Positions 8,219 through 17,520 of a DNA stretch of 57,390 nt are shown here, piece after piece (within the stretch, counting starts at the first letter, position 1; each line of letters begins with the position of its first letter). This DNA comes from Pseudomonadota bacterium. Its GTDB lineage: Bacteria > Bdellovibrionota_B > Oligoflexia > Oligoflexales > CAIYRB01. Under the pieces are notes generated by a model. It was not told where the DNA came from, searched no databases, and worked only from the letters and a program-made list of their open reading frames with translations. Position numbers and translations under genes: made by a program. The stretch covers positions 1-57,390 of the forward strand of contig JANOTL010000010.1 in the NCBI GenBank assembly GCA_031416315.1, in the 5' to 3' direction.

Positions 8219-9625
8219 TCAACGATATTGCTGGAGTTCCTCGCGCGTATAGGGGCGCGGGTGGTGGCCGATGTGGGCCTCGGGGCTGAGTACGGGGCCT
8301 TCGTGCTTCTCGCCGTAGGCGCCGCGGCCGAAGACGTAACGGTTGAAGATCGCGTCGAGGTCTTCGCCGCCGGCGCGCTCGAGGAAATCCTTGAAGTAGC
8401 CGATCGTGATCGTGTCGTTCTTCTTCTCGGCGAAGAGCGCGCGGAGAATCGAGCGCATGCCGCCTTGGTCGGCGTACAGGCGGTCTAGCTCGCTGATCAG
8501 CTTGGCGCCGAGGCTATAGGCCTCGTACGTGGTGTCGCGCCTGTAAGGCGTGAAGCTCGAGAGATTGACCGGAGAGCGGTTGGGCATGGACGAGGCGCGC
8601 GGGTAGCCGTCGTCGCGCCAGCTGGCGACGGCCTCGTCGATCCAGCCGGAGTTGCCGTCGGTGGGCATGACGCCGCGGGCGAACCAGGAGTGTGTGATCT
8701 CGTGGCCGAGGGCCCATTCGGAGGTCATCGTCGCGCCGCAATATTCCATCCCGCCGCCGGCCGGCGTGATGTAGATCACGAGGCGCGGATGCGCGAAGGG
8801 GCCGAAGGTCGCCTCGTTCTCGTTGAGGATGGTGCGGGTGTCGGCAGCGGCGCGGTCGGCGCTCGCCTGGTCTTCCGCATAGACGGTCACCGGGATCTGC
8901 GCAGCCTGGCCGGAGAAATTGAAGCGCGAGGTCTTGAAGCGACCTGTGTAGGTCAGGTGGAAGTAGGGCGACGAGGCGGTGAAGTAGTCGGGAAATACCA
9001 CCTTGAAGGTGTTATTGCCGCGGACCTCGAGGTCGCCGTTGGTGAAGATCTCGTGCTCGGCGCCGGTGCCGACGACGGTGACGTTGAAGGTGTAGCGGAC
9101 GCGGTCGAACTCGAGGTTCGAGGGGACGAACTGCTCGAGGAAGCCGCGGCCGCCGTTGCGCAGGTCGTCGGTGAAGAAGCCGGCGCTGACGCCGCGGGAG
9201 CCGAAACTGAGGTCGGTCGCCGAAAGCGTGTAGTTGATGTCGAGCTCGTTGAGCGAGCCGGCGACAACCGAGCGGCGGAGCACGCGGACCTCGGTCTCGC
9301 CGCCGGGAGGCTCCGCGGTGCCGAGGTCGTCGAGCACGACGGGCTCGCCGTTGAAGGTGATGGCGGTCGGATTCGGCACGAGGTCGAAGAACGGCATGCC
9401 CGCCGCGCCGGCGCGGAAGACGATGTGCGCCCGCCCGGTGGCGACGCGAGCCGCGGCGTCGAAGGTGAGGTCGACCTCAACCGTCTCGAAGTCGACCGGG
9501 ACGGCTTGCTCGTTGCGGTAGCCGAATGCCGGCGGCGCCGCGTCTAGATCCGCGGCCAACGCCGAGCTGGCGAAGACCCAAGATGTTAAGACGGCGCGAA
9601 GGACCCTAGGCAAGGAACCCGTCAT
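8219..9625 (-). CDS. Secreted M1-family (gluzincin) aminopeptidase
   Basis: Signal peptide; GGMEY (GxMEN-like), HEITH zinc motif, downstream WIDE Glu and YSLG Tyr; start placed at the ATG at 9625. Confidence 0.88.
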   Translation of the reverse strand: MTGSLPRVLRAVLTSWVFASSALAADLDAAPPAFGYRNEQAVPVDFETVEVDLTFDAAARVATGRAHIVFRAGAAGMPFFDLVPNPTAITFNGEPVVLDDLGTAEPPGGETEVRVLRRSVVAGSLNELDINYTLSATDLSFGSRGVSAGFFTDDLRNGGRGFLEQFVPSNLEFDRVRYTFNVTVVGTGAEHEIFTNGDLEVRGNNTFKVVFPDYFTASSPYFHLTYTGRFKTSRFNFSGQAAQIPVTVYAEDQASADRAAADTRTILNENEATFGPFAHPRLVIYITPAGGGMEYCGATMTSEWALGHEITHSWFARGVMPTDGNSGWIDEAVASWRDDGYPRASSMPNRSPVNLSSFTPYRRDTTYEAYSLGAKLISELDRLYADQGGMRSILRALFAEKKNDTITIGYFKDFLERAGGEDLDAIFNRYVFGRGAYGEKHEGPVLSPEAHIGHHPRPYTREELQQYR

Positions 9626-9805
9626 GGTGACCCCCAAGATCGCGAATGGCGAAAATTTACGAAGAAGACATTGATTTCCCGCAATTGTAGCAAAATCGCG
9701 CCAATTCAGGCGCGGCGTCCTAACGGGGAGGACGCAAGCACTCCGCGGGCCGTCGAATGCGGCTGATTCTTCGGAATTTACCAAGAGCTGCGTGGGCGCT
9801 CTTGG

Positions 9806-10852
9806 TTAGTAGTTTTCCGTGATGACCTGCACGTTGTTCGCGTCGCTCGCCTTTACGCGGTCGACGTTGCGCAATTTGTGCAAGACCGCCAGGTGACGCA
9901 TCGCCTCCGTTACGCGCTGCGGCGTGAAGGTGACGCGTCCGTCTTCGAGCTTCACAAGGCCGAGCTCGGCGGCTTTCGTCGCGCCGCTCTTCAAAGCCGG
10001 CGCATCCGCCTTGTCGGCAGGAACATCGGCGAGCGCGACCGTCATTTCGGCCGTCGCGAGCTTCCCAATGGCGCGGTGACGATCGCTCAAGGCCACGAGT
10101 GCGCCGACTTCCGCCGCGGTGAGCGACTCGTAGGCGCGGCGTACCCCGACGGAGCCGAGGAACTCTTTGACGAAACCGGAGAGCGAGGCGAGGCGGCGCA
10201 AGACCGCGAGCTCGGCTCGACGCTCCGTCGCCTTCGGGTCGACCTTAAGCAGGCCGATCTCGGCGAAAACCTTAAAAATCTGCTCGGAATCGACGCCTTC
10301 GGCGCCGAGGATGCGGGTGAGGCGCGGCAAGATCTCGTCGACCTCGACCAGGCGGTCGTCGCCCTTTCCAGGCGTCAGGGCGTCGCCGAGCTCGCAGAGT
10401 CCGGAGGCGAGCTGGCCGGCTAGAGTCAGCATGGACAGGTCGCGCTCTTGCCGCTCGATGCGCGTGATCGCCCGCGTATATAGCTCGTCCATGGTTCGAA
10501 TGCGCAGCACGAAGTCCTTGATCACCGTGCTGACCCACGTCGGCATGCCGGAGATCAGGCTCTTGAAGCCGGACTGCCGCACGATCATCGCCTTGGTGTA
10601 AGTCTTCGCGCGGGCGGAGGCGAGGCGCGGGTCGCGCGTGAGGCAGGTCATGATGCCGAGGATCTCGCCTTCTTTCAGGAGAGCGAGCGGGATGTGCATG
10701 CCGTTGCTCTCGCGGTAGACCTCGACCTCGCCTTCTTTGATGAAGTAGAGGTCGCCGCCCTGATCGCCTTCCTTGAAGATGATGGTTCCCGGCTGGAACT
10801 CGATCTGAGTACCCTGCGTGGCGCTGGTCTTTTCCTTTTCCTTCTCGCTCAC
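9806..10852 (-). CDS. Cyclic-nucleotide-binding (Crp/Fnr-like) domain protein
   Basis: IIFKEGDQGGDLYFIKEGEVEV..GEILGIM..PRLASARA cNMP fold; GTG start after a GAGGAGG RBS. Confidence 0.85.
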   Translation of the reverse strand: MSEKEKEKTSATQGTQIEFQPGTIIFKEGDQGGDLYFIKEGEVEVYRESNGMHIPLALLKEGEILGIMTCLTRDPRLASARAKTYTKAMIVRQSGFKSLISGMPTWVSTVIKDFVLRIRTMDELYTRAITRIERQERDLSMLTLAGQLASGLCELGDALTPGKGDDRLVEVDEILPRLTRILGAEGVDSEQIFKVFAEIGLLKVDPKATERRAELAVLRRLASLSGFVKEFLGSVGVRRAYESLTAAEVGALVALSDRHRAIGKLATAEMTVALADVPADKADAPALKSGATKAAELGLVKLEDGRVTFTPQRVTEAMRHLAVLHKLRNVDRVKASDANNVQVITENY

Positions 10853-10863
10853 GCGGACCCTCC

Positions 10864-11595
10864 TCAGGCGACGATCATGCCGTTCGTCAGGATTTCGTCG
10901 GCGCCGGAGCGCGCGAAGTCGCGGGCGTCGTCGTCGGACTCGGGGAGGAACGCGACCACGCGGGCGCCGCGCTCGTGATAAGCGCGCACGACCGCGGGGG
11001 TGCAGAGAGTGACCCCAAAAATGCGGGCCGTGAGCGCGTAGCACCGCTCGGCGCGAACGTTTGCGAGCCCGGGAAGCCCGGCGCGCATGAAAATCCCCGC
11101 GCGCCAGCATTCGGGCTCGCGCGCGTAGCAGCGGATGGCGGGGAAACATGCGCGCATGGCGGCCTCGTGCCGCTCGTCCCAGAAGACGAAGCGAGAGTTC
11201 GCGACGAGCCAGTCACCGGCATCTTTCGCCGCCGCCCAGTCGCGGAGCGCGCGTACGGTCTCGTGCCCGGTCTCCGGCTTGACGTCGAAGGTCCAAGAGC
11301 ACGCAGGGAACTCTTTGACGAACTCATCGAAGAAAAAGAGGCGCGACGAGGTGCCGGTCAGCGGCACCTTCTCCAGCTCGGCGCGCGTCATATCGACGAC
11401 CCGAGCGTCGCGGCCGGCGAGGCGCCGCAGGTCCGGGTCGTGGTGCAGGACGATCTCGCCGTCTTTGGTCGTGCGCAGGTCGGTCTCCAGGGAGGCGAAA
11501 CCCAAAGCGCACGCGTCACGAAATGCTGCGAGCGTGTTTTCCACGGCCGCGGCCTTGTAGCCTCGGTGACTGGTCCAAAGGGGTCTCTCTGCCAT
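10864..11595 (-). CDS. Glycerophosphodiester phosphodiesterase family protein
   Basis: [38 protein letters not shown]. Confidence 0.92.
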   Translation of the reverse strand: MAERPLWTSHRGYKAAAVENTLAAFRDACALGFASLETDLRTTKDGEIVLHHDPDLRRLAGRDARVVDMTRAELEKVPLTGTSSRLFFFDEFVKEFPACSWTFDVKPETGHETVRALRDWAAAKDAGDWLVANSRFVFWDERHEAAMRACFPAIRCYAREPECWRAGIFMRAGLPGLANVRAERCYALTARIFGVTLCTPAVVRAYHERGARVVAFLPESDDDARDFARSGADEILTNGMIVA

Positions 11596-11630
11596 GGCGC
11601 GAGGTTATCACAAACCGCTATAATCGTGAG
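11596..11630. promoter_or_regulatory. Compact bidirectional promoter with two -10 hexamers, both genes apparently leaderless
   Basis: Plus strand TATAAT (11619-11624) 6 nt before ATG 11631; minus strand TAACCT (11602-11607) 6 nt before ATG 11595; no Shine-Dalgarno on either side. Confidence 0.6.
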
Positions 11631-13781
11631 ATGGCGCAAGGAAAAGAACATGCGGAGTGGGAGCGACAGGCGATCAAGGATGCCCAGGCGGCGTCCGCGG
11701 CCGAGCTGACGCGGTCGACGCCGGAAGGCGTACCGATCCAGACGCTTTACACGGCGAAGGACCTCGAGGGCCTGCCGCACCTGGATACGATGCCTGGTTT
11801 CGCGCCATTCGTGCGCGGGCCGAGGCCGACGATGTACGCGGTAAGGCCGTGGACGATCCGGCAGTACGCCGGCTTCTCGACGGCGACCGAGTCCAATGCA
11901 TTCTATCGGCGCAACCTCGCCGCCGGGCAGAAAGGGCTTTCGGTCGCCTTCGACCTGGCCACGCATCGCGGCTACGACTCCGATCATCCTCGGGTCGTGG
12001 GCGATGTCGGCAAGGCGGGCGTGGCGATCGACTCCGTCGAGGACATGAAGATCTTGTTCGACGGGATCCCGTTGAACGAGATGAGCGTGTCGATGACGAT
12101 GAACGGGGCCGTCCTGCCGGTGATGGCGGCTTACGTCGTCGCGGCCGAAGAGCAGGGCGTGCGTCAGGAACAGCTGAACGGCACGATCCAGAACGACATC
12201 CTCAAAGAGTATATGGTGCGGAACACTTACATCTACCCGCCCGAGCCCTCGATGCGAGCCGTCGGCGACATCATCGAGTACACGATGCGAAAGATGCCGA
12301 AATTCAACAGCATCTCGATCTCCGGCTACCACATGCAAGAAGCCGGCGCCGATTCGGCGCTGGAGCTGGCGTTCACGCTGGCGGACGGCGCGGAATACGT
12401 CCGCGCAGCTTTGGCCCGAGGGCTCGCGGTCGACGATTTCGCGCCGCGCCTGTCGTTCTTCTTCGCCATCGGCATGAATTTCTTCATGGAAGTGGCGAAG
12501 CTCAGGGCGGCGAGGCTCATCTGGTGCGAGCTGATGCGAGGCTTCGGCGCGAAGGATCCGAAGTCATTGATGCTGCGCACGCACTGCCAGACGTCGGGAT
12601 ACACGCTGACGGAGCAGGACCCGCACAACAACGTGATCCGCACGACGATCGAGGCCATGGCGGCGGCGCTCGGCGGCACCCAGTCCCTGCACACCAACTC
12701 GTTCGACGAGGCGATCGCGCTGCCGACGGATTTCTCGGCCCGGATCGCGCGCAATACGCAGCTGATCCTGCAGCACGAGACCGACCTCTGCGCGACGGTC
12801 GACCCTTTCGGCGGCAGCTACTTCATGGAAAAGCTGACGCACGATCTGGCAACGAAGGCGCGGAGCATCATCCACGAGGTCGAAGGCCTGGGCGGCATGG
12901 TCAAGGCGATCATGACGGGGATGCCGAAGCTGCGCATCGAGGAAGCCGCCGCGAAAAAGCAGGCGCGCGTCGACAGCGGCCAGGACGTCATCGTCGGCGT
13001 GAACAAATACCGGGCCGTGACCGAAGGCGACCCGGCCGTCGAGGTTCTGGAGATCGACAACACCGCGGTGCGCGATTCGCAGGTCGCGCGCTTGCGCGAG
13101 CTCAGGGCGAAGCGGGACGGCGGCAAGGTCGCCGCAGCCCTAGCGGCCTTGAAGGCGGCGGCCGCGGACGGGAAGACCAACCTCTTCGAAAAATCGATCG
13201 ACGCCGCGCGGGTGCGCGCGACGGTCGGCGAGATCTCCGAAACCTTGGCCGAAGTCTTCGGTCGTTACCAGGCGACGAGTTTGACCGTGAGCTCCGTATA
13301 TTCGAGCGCGTATCAGGGAGACGAGGCGTTCAAGAACGCCAAAGCCGAGGTCGAGCGCTTCGCCCAAGGCGAAGGGCGACGGCCGCGCATCCTGATCGTG
13401 AAATTGGGGCAGGACGGGCACGACCGCGGCTCGAAGGTCATCGCGACCGGCCTGGCCGACGCGGGCTTCGACGTCGACATCGGCCCCTTGTTCCAGACGC
13501 CGGAAGAAGCGGCCAAACAGGCGATCGAGAACGACGTGCACGTCGTCGGCGTCTCGTCGCAGGCAGCGGGGCACAAGACGCTGGTGCCGGCGCTCGCATC
13601 GGCGCTGAAAGCGGGCGGCGCGGGCGACATCGCGATCGTCGTCGGCGGCGTCATTCCGCAGAAGGACTACGACTTTCTGCTGAAGAACGGCGCCTCGCGG
13701 ATCTTCGGACCCGGGACGCCGATTCCGCAGTGCGCGGTCGATACCGTCGCGGTGATCCGCGAACGCCGGAAGAAGCCGTGA
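11631..13781 (+). CDS. scpA: Methylmalonyl-CoA mutase (B12-dependent)
   Basis: [42 protein letters not shown]; cobalamin-binding QDGHDRG and SSQAAGH. Confidence 0.97.
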   Translation: MAQGKEHAEWERQAIKDAQAASAAELTRSTPEGVPIQTLYTAKDLEGLPHLDTMPGFAPFVRGPRPTMYAVRPWTIRQYAGFSTATESNAFYRRNLAAGQKGLSVAFDLATHRGYDSDHPRVVGDVGKAGVAIDSVEDMKILFDGIPLNEMSVSMTMNGAVLPVMAAYVVAAEEQGVRQEQLNGTIQNDILKEYMVRNTYIYPPEPSMRAVGDIIEYTMRKMPKFNSISISGYHMQEAGADSALELAFTLADGAEYVRAALARGLAVDDFAPRLSFFFAIGMNFFMEVAKLRAARLIWCELMRGFGAKDPKSLMLRTHCQTSGYTLTEQDPHNNVIRTTIEAMAAALGGTQSLHTNSFDEAIALPTDFSARIARNTQLILQHETDLCATVDPFGGSYFMEKLTHDLATKARSIIHEVEGLGGMVKAIMTGMPKLRIEEAAAKKQARVDSGQDVIVGVNKYRAVTEGDPAVEVLEIDNTAVRDSQVARLRELRAKRDGGKVAAALAALKAAAADGKTNLFEKSIDAARVRATVGEISETLAEVFGRYQATSLTVSSVYSSAYQGDEAFKNAKAEVERFAQGEGRRPRILIVKLGQDGHDRGSKVIATGLADAGFDVDIGPLFQTPEEAAKQAIENDVHVVGVSSQAAGHKTLVPALASALKAGGAGDIAIVVGGVIPQKDYDFLLKNGASRIFGPGTPIPQCAVDTVAVIRERRKKP

Positions 13782-14719
13782 TCGACAAGATCCTCGCGGG
13801 CGACCGCCGGAGCTTGGCCCGGGCGATCACCTTGCTCGAGAGCCGGAAGGCGGACGATCAAGTGGCGGCGGCGGCGCTTTTGTCGCAGCTCTTGCCGCAC
13901 TCCGGAAAAAGCCTGCGGATCGCGGTGAGCGGGGTGCCCGGCGTCGGCAAGAGCACGTTCATCGAGGCCTTTGGCGGCTTGCTCTTGGAGCGTGGCCATC
14001 GGCTCGCGATCCTGGCGGTGGACCCGAGCTCGCCTTTGAGCGGCGGCAGCATCCTCGGCGACCGGACGCGCATGGAGACGCTGTCTCGCGACGAGCGCGT
14101 CTTCATCCGGCCTTCGCCCTCCGGCGGAACCTTGGGTGGCGTCGCGCGGCGGACGCGCGAGGCGATCGTCGCGTGCGAAGCCGCGGGCTTCGACCGGATC
14201 CTGGTCGAGACGGTCGGGGTCGGCCAGAGCGAGGCGGTGGCGGCCTCGATGGTCGATGCGTTCTTGCTGCTTTACCTGCCGAATGCCGGCGACGAGCTGC
14301 AAGGGATCAAGCGCGGGATCCTAGAGCTCGCCGACGTCGTCGCGGTGACGAAGGCCGACGGCGCGACGAAAGCGGCGGCCGAGGTCGCGCGCGGGCAGCT
14401 CGAGCGGGCCTTCATGGTGGCGAAGGGAGCTCACGGCAACGAGGCGTCGCCGGTTTTCGCGGTGAGCGCGGTCGAAAAGCGCGGGCTGGACGAGGTCTTG
14501 GCGGCCCTCGAGAAAGTGTTTGCGGCCGGCGGCGTGAAAGCGCGGCGTACGGCGCAAACCGCGGCGTGGTTCGAAGAGGAGCTGGTGGCGCAATTTCGCG
14601 ACCGGATCCAGGCGGGGACCCTGCGGGCAACCGAGCTGCGCGAGCTCGCGGCGGCCGTGCTCCGCGGAGAGATGGCGCCGAGCAGCGCCGCGGCGAAGTT
14701 TCTGGCTCACTTGCCGTGA
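13778..14719 (+). CDS. meaB: Methylmalonyl-CoA mutase-associated GTPase
   Basis: [53 protein letters not shown] start overlaps the scpA stop (GTGA). Confidence 0.95.
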   Translation: MIDKILAGDRRSLARAITLLESRKADDQVAAAALLSQLLPHSGKSLRIAVSGVPGVGKSTFIEAFGGLLLERGHRLAILAVDPSSPLSGGSILGDRTRMETLSRDERVFIRPSPSGGTLGGVARRTREAIVACEAAGFDRILVETVGVGQSEAVAASMVDAFLLLYLPNAGDELQGIKRGILELADVVAVTKADGATKAAAEVARGQLERAFMVAKGAHGNEASPVFAVSAVEKRGLDEVLAALEKVFAAGGVKARRTAQTAAWFEEELVAQFRDRIQAGTLRATELRELAAAVLRGEMAPSSAAAKFLAHLP

Positions 14720-16080
14720 GCGATTTGCTTCCAATAGGCGTCCTTCACGAACGCCGGTGAGTGCTGGGCGTTGTGACAACTGGCACAGGCGTCGCGCGCG
14801 GCGACGGCGAGCTTAGGCTTGATCGTCGGGTTGGCGACGTGGTCTTTGCGCGGCCCGTGGCAGACCTCGCATTGCACGTCCGCGAGGTGCGGGCTGGCGG
14901 TGAGCGAGACGAAGCCGCCCTTCTCTTTTGCGCCGACGGCATGGCAGGCGACGCATTCGGGGTCCTCGTGTTTTTCCTTCGCCTTCAAGGTCTGCATGGC
15001 GACCGCGTGTTTCGAGGCTTTCCAGCTGGCCGATGCGGCCGCGTGGCAGGCGACGCAAGCCTCAGCGCCGGCGTAAGGCGTTTGCGCGAGATCCTTCAGG
15101 CGCTCGGCGGCGGCGCCGGCGAAGGCCGATTTCGTCGCGGCGGCGTAGCGTACGTAGAGGTCTTTGAGCGAGGCTTCGCTTTCGTAGCCGCGGTCGAGCC
15201 AGGTGACGAGCTTGGCTTCGGCGAACGGGAGTTTCGCGCCGGAGCCGGCGCCGGGCGCGCCGAGGGCGCCTGGTGCGGGAGTCGGCGTCGCAAAGAGCTC
15301 GCCTATGGATTTCGCCTCGCTGCCGCGGGCGCTGCCGCCGCGGAGGACGCCTTGCGCGCCGAGAGGCACCATCATGGTCCCCAGGCGCGAGCGCTTGCGG
15401 TCGAGCTTAGTCTCGTCTTCGTGCTCGGCCGTGCCGACGATGGCGTCGAGCGGGGCCTCGTTGGCGCTGACGACGAAGTCGAAAAGCTGGGCGGCCTCGA
15501 CCGCGGCGAGGTCCTTGTCGTTACCCGAGAAAAGCAGGATTTTGGCGCGATTCTCGTGTTTGGCGAGGAGCTTTTTCCACGTACTTAGAAGGGCTTTGTT
15601 TAGTGGACGGAGCGCTTTCGAATCGCCGCGCTCGGGAGCCAGGTAGCCCAAAGCGATGAAGCTCGGACCCTCGACGAAGGGGTGCGCCGGCACGGCTTTC
15701 GCCGCCGGGGCGAGGTTGCTCAGCACGAAGGGCACCTTGGTCTGGGCGAGATCGCCGAGACTCTGCCATTCGAGCTCGCCGAGGAGGCAGGCGTCGACAG
15801 GGGCTTTGGCTGTGGCTTCCAGGATAAAAGGGGTCTTGAGCTTGCCCTCACGGGGCGGCGCGACGACGTTGCCGGTACAGAAGACGGCAAGGCCGGGGTC
15901 CTGCAAGCGCTCGCGCTGGATGACGGTGGCGATGCGCCGCATGCCGCCGAGGTCGGTGGCCGGATCGCAGCCGCAAGGCTCGAGGTGTCCGCGCACGTCA
16001 CCGAACGCCAGGTAGCCGAACGCGGCTGCCTCGGCAGTGGATCCTAAGATCCCGATGAGAAAGAGAAAAACGAGGCGCAT
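14707..16080 (-). CDS. Exported tetraheme cytochrome c (c554-like) fused to a degenerate 5'-nucleotidase/UshA-like N-terminal domain
   Basis: Signal peptide; GDVRGHLEPCGC..GGMRR; four CxxCH motifs (CVACH, CVACH, CEVCH, CASCH). Confidence 0.8.
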   Translation of the reverse strand: MRLVFLFLIGILGSTAEAAAFGYLAFGDVRGHLEPCGCDPATDLGGMRRIATVIQRERLQDPGLAVFCTGNVVAPPREGKLKTPFILEATAKAPVDACLLGELEWQSLGDLAQTKVPFVLSNLAPAAKAVPAHPFVEGPSFIALGYLAPERGDSKALRPLNKALLSTWKKLLAKHENRAKILLFSGNDKDLAAVEAAQLFDFVVSANEAPLDAIVGTAEHEDETKLDRKRSRLGTMMVPLGAQGVLRGGSARGSEAKSIGELFATPTPAPGALGAPGAGSGAKLPFAEAKLVTWLDRGYESEASLKDLYVRYAAATKSAFAGAAAERLKDLAQTPYAGAEACVACHAAASASWKASKHAVAMQTLKAKEKHEDPECVACHAVGAKEKGGFVSLTASPHLADVQCEVCHGPRKDHVANPTIKPKLAVAARDACASCHNAQHSPAFVKDAYWKQIAHGK

Positions 16081-16103
16081 CGGACTCCCACGCGAGAGAC
16101 TCC

Positions 16104-16132
16104 ATCATAGGATATGCATGTACGGTAGACAA
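16104..16132 (-). promoter_or_regulatory. Sigma-70-type promoter of the cytochrome gene
   Basis: TTGTCT-17 nt-TATGAT on the minus strand. Confidence 0.55.
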
Positions 16133-16175
16133 ACGCCGGTGAGAACGGCAGGAGAAGGTCTCAGGAGGCCGCGCG

Positions 16176-16634
16176 ATGTCCGAAGATTACGTAGCGCTGG
16201 ACGCTGAGGTCGAAGCTGCGATCGCCAGCCGCAGCGTACCGCAAAAGCTGCAGATCGCGCTGAGCGAGGGAGCCGTCGTGGCCGCACGGGAGCTCGGGGC
16301 GACGCCGGAGCACGTGGGGCGCCCCTTGCGCGTCTACATCGAAGGCAAGGGATGTGACGGGTTCTTCTACGGAGTCTCGTTCGACGAGGTCCTGCCGCAC
16401 GATTTGACCTGGGAACAGGACGGCATCCGGCTCGTCGTGGATCCTGAAGCGTTCCGGTTCATCTGCGGCTCGCAGGTCGAGTGGGTCGACGACGAACGCG
16501 GGCGCGGATTTCTCGTGGAGAATCCCCGGCACCGGCGGTTCCGCGGAAAGTTCTACAAGAAGAGCGTGTGGAAGGATCGTCTTACGGCTTCGGCGGGGAA
16601 GCCGGGACCTTTGGAGCAGCCTCCGGAGGTGTAG
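16176..16634 (+). CDS. HesB/IscA-like protein lacking the C-terminal CxC motif
   Basis: LRVYIEGKGCDGFFYG, IRLVVDP, GSQVEWV, GFLVENP; AGGAGG RBS. Confidence 0.75.
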   Translation: MSEDYVALDAEVEAAIASRSVPQKLQIALSEGAVVAARELGATPEHVGRPLRVYIEGKGCDGFFYGVSFDEVLPHDLTWEQDGIRLVVDPEAFRFICGSQVEWVDDERGRGFLVENPRHRRFRGKFYKKSVWKDRLTASAGKPGPLEQPPEV

Positions 16635-17520
16635 CCGCCGGCGCCGGCGCTGCAGGGCTGGGCGCGGCAGGATCGCGGCTCTCAAGCTCGTCCGGGGGCG
16701 TCGCGGGCGCGGCGACCGTCGGGGCGGCCGACGGCGCAGCGCCGGGCTTGGTCGCGCGGACGCGCTTCTCGATCAGGAGCTTGGTTCCGGCGGGGATGTC
16801 GCGCACGCCGGCGCCGACGAAGACGATGTCGAAGACGCCGTTGCCGCCGGAGCTCGTGCTCAAAGACACCAAGCCGGCACCGACGCGCTCGGAGCCGCGC
16901 AGCGAGAATTTTCCTTGGGAGTCCGTGACGGCGAGCGCCTGGATCTCCGGCGTCGCAATCAAGCTCGCCGTCGAGCCCACGAGCAGAAACTCGCCCTTGC
17001 GCTCGAGGACGACGCCGTCCCAGCCCAAGGCATAGGGCAACCAATCCGCGACGCGCTCGGGCTTCGTCGCTTCCTTCAAGCCCTTCGCCTTCGCGACCGA
17101 CGAGACCTTGCCGTCCTTGAGGCGCAGGATCTCCCATTCCGCCTTCGGCGCCGCGACGACGACCGTGTCGGCGCCGGTCAGGAGAAAGACCAGCTCCTTC
17201 GGATCCGTCTCGGCATAGCGCTTGGGGTCGATCTTCAGGGTCCAGAGCGCGCTCTCGATGTCGGCGGGCTCCATATAGCTCGCCTGACGGAACGCGTCGC
17301 GATCGAGGTTCACGAATCTCGGGGCCTCGCCTTTCTCTGCGAAGCCGCTGACGACGGCGATCTTGCGCGGGAAGGCGCCCTTGGTGCTGTTCTTGGCCTT
17401 GTACTTCGAAAGCCAATCGGCCAGAGGCGGTGCGTCGTCGACGTTTTCCTGCGCGAACGCCGGTGCGGCGACGCACGCGAGACTGAGGCCTAAGGCGAAA
17501 AGAGCGGCGCGAATCACCAT
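16582..17520 (-). CDS. Secreted hypothetical protein with Pro/Ala-rich tail
   Basis: Signal peptide ending AFA; third gene of an overlapping three-gene operon. Confidence 0.7.
   Translation of the reverse strand: MVIRAALFALGLSLACVAAPAFAQENVDDAPPLADWLSKYKAKNSTKGAFPRKIAVVSGFAEKGEAPRFVNLDRDAFRQASYMEPADIESALWTLKIDPKRYAETDPKELVFLLTGADTVVVAAPKAEWEILRLKDGKVSSVAKAKGLKEATKPERVADWLPYALGWDGVVLERKGEFLLVGSTASLIATPEIQALAVTDSQGKFSLRGSERVGAGLVSLSTSSGGNGVFDIVFVGAGVRDIPAGTKLLIEKRVRATKPGAAPSAAPTVAAPATPPDELESRDPAAPSPAAPAPAATPPEAAPKVPASPPKP

Noticed and set aside
9688..9704. Sigma-54-like TTGGCGCGATTTTGCTA upstream of the M1 peptidase
   Set aside because: Spacing is GG-N9-GC rather than the required N10; an overlapping extended -10 (TGcTACAAT) explains the site better
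11657..14719. 1020-aa ORF that appears to fuse a long N-terminus to MeaB
   Set aside because: The first ~700 aa are an Arg-rich alternative frame of scpA; meaB starts at the GTG at 13778, overlapping the scpA stop
15966..15975. Possible selenocysteine in the UshA-like CGC motif
   Set aside because: Both codons are TGC; there is no in-frame TGA
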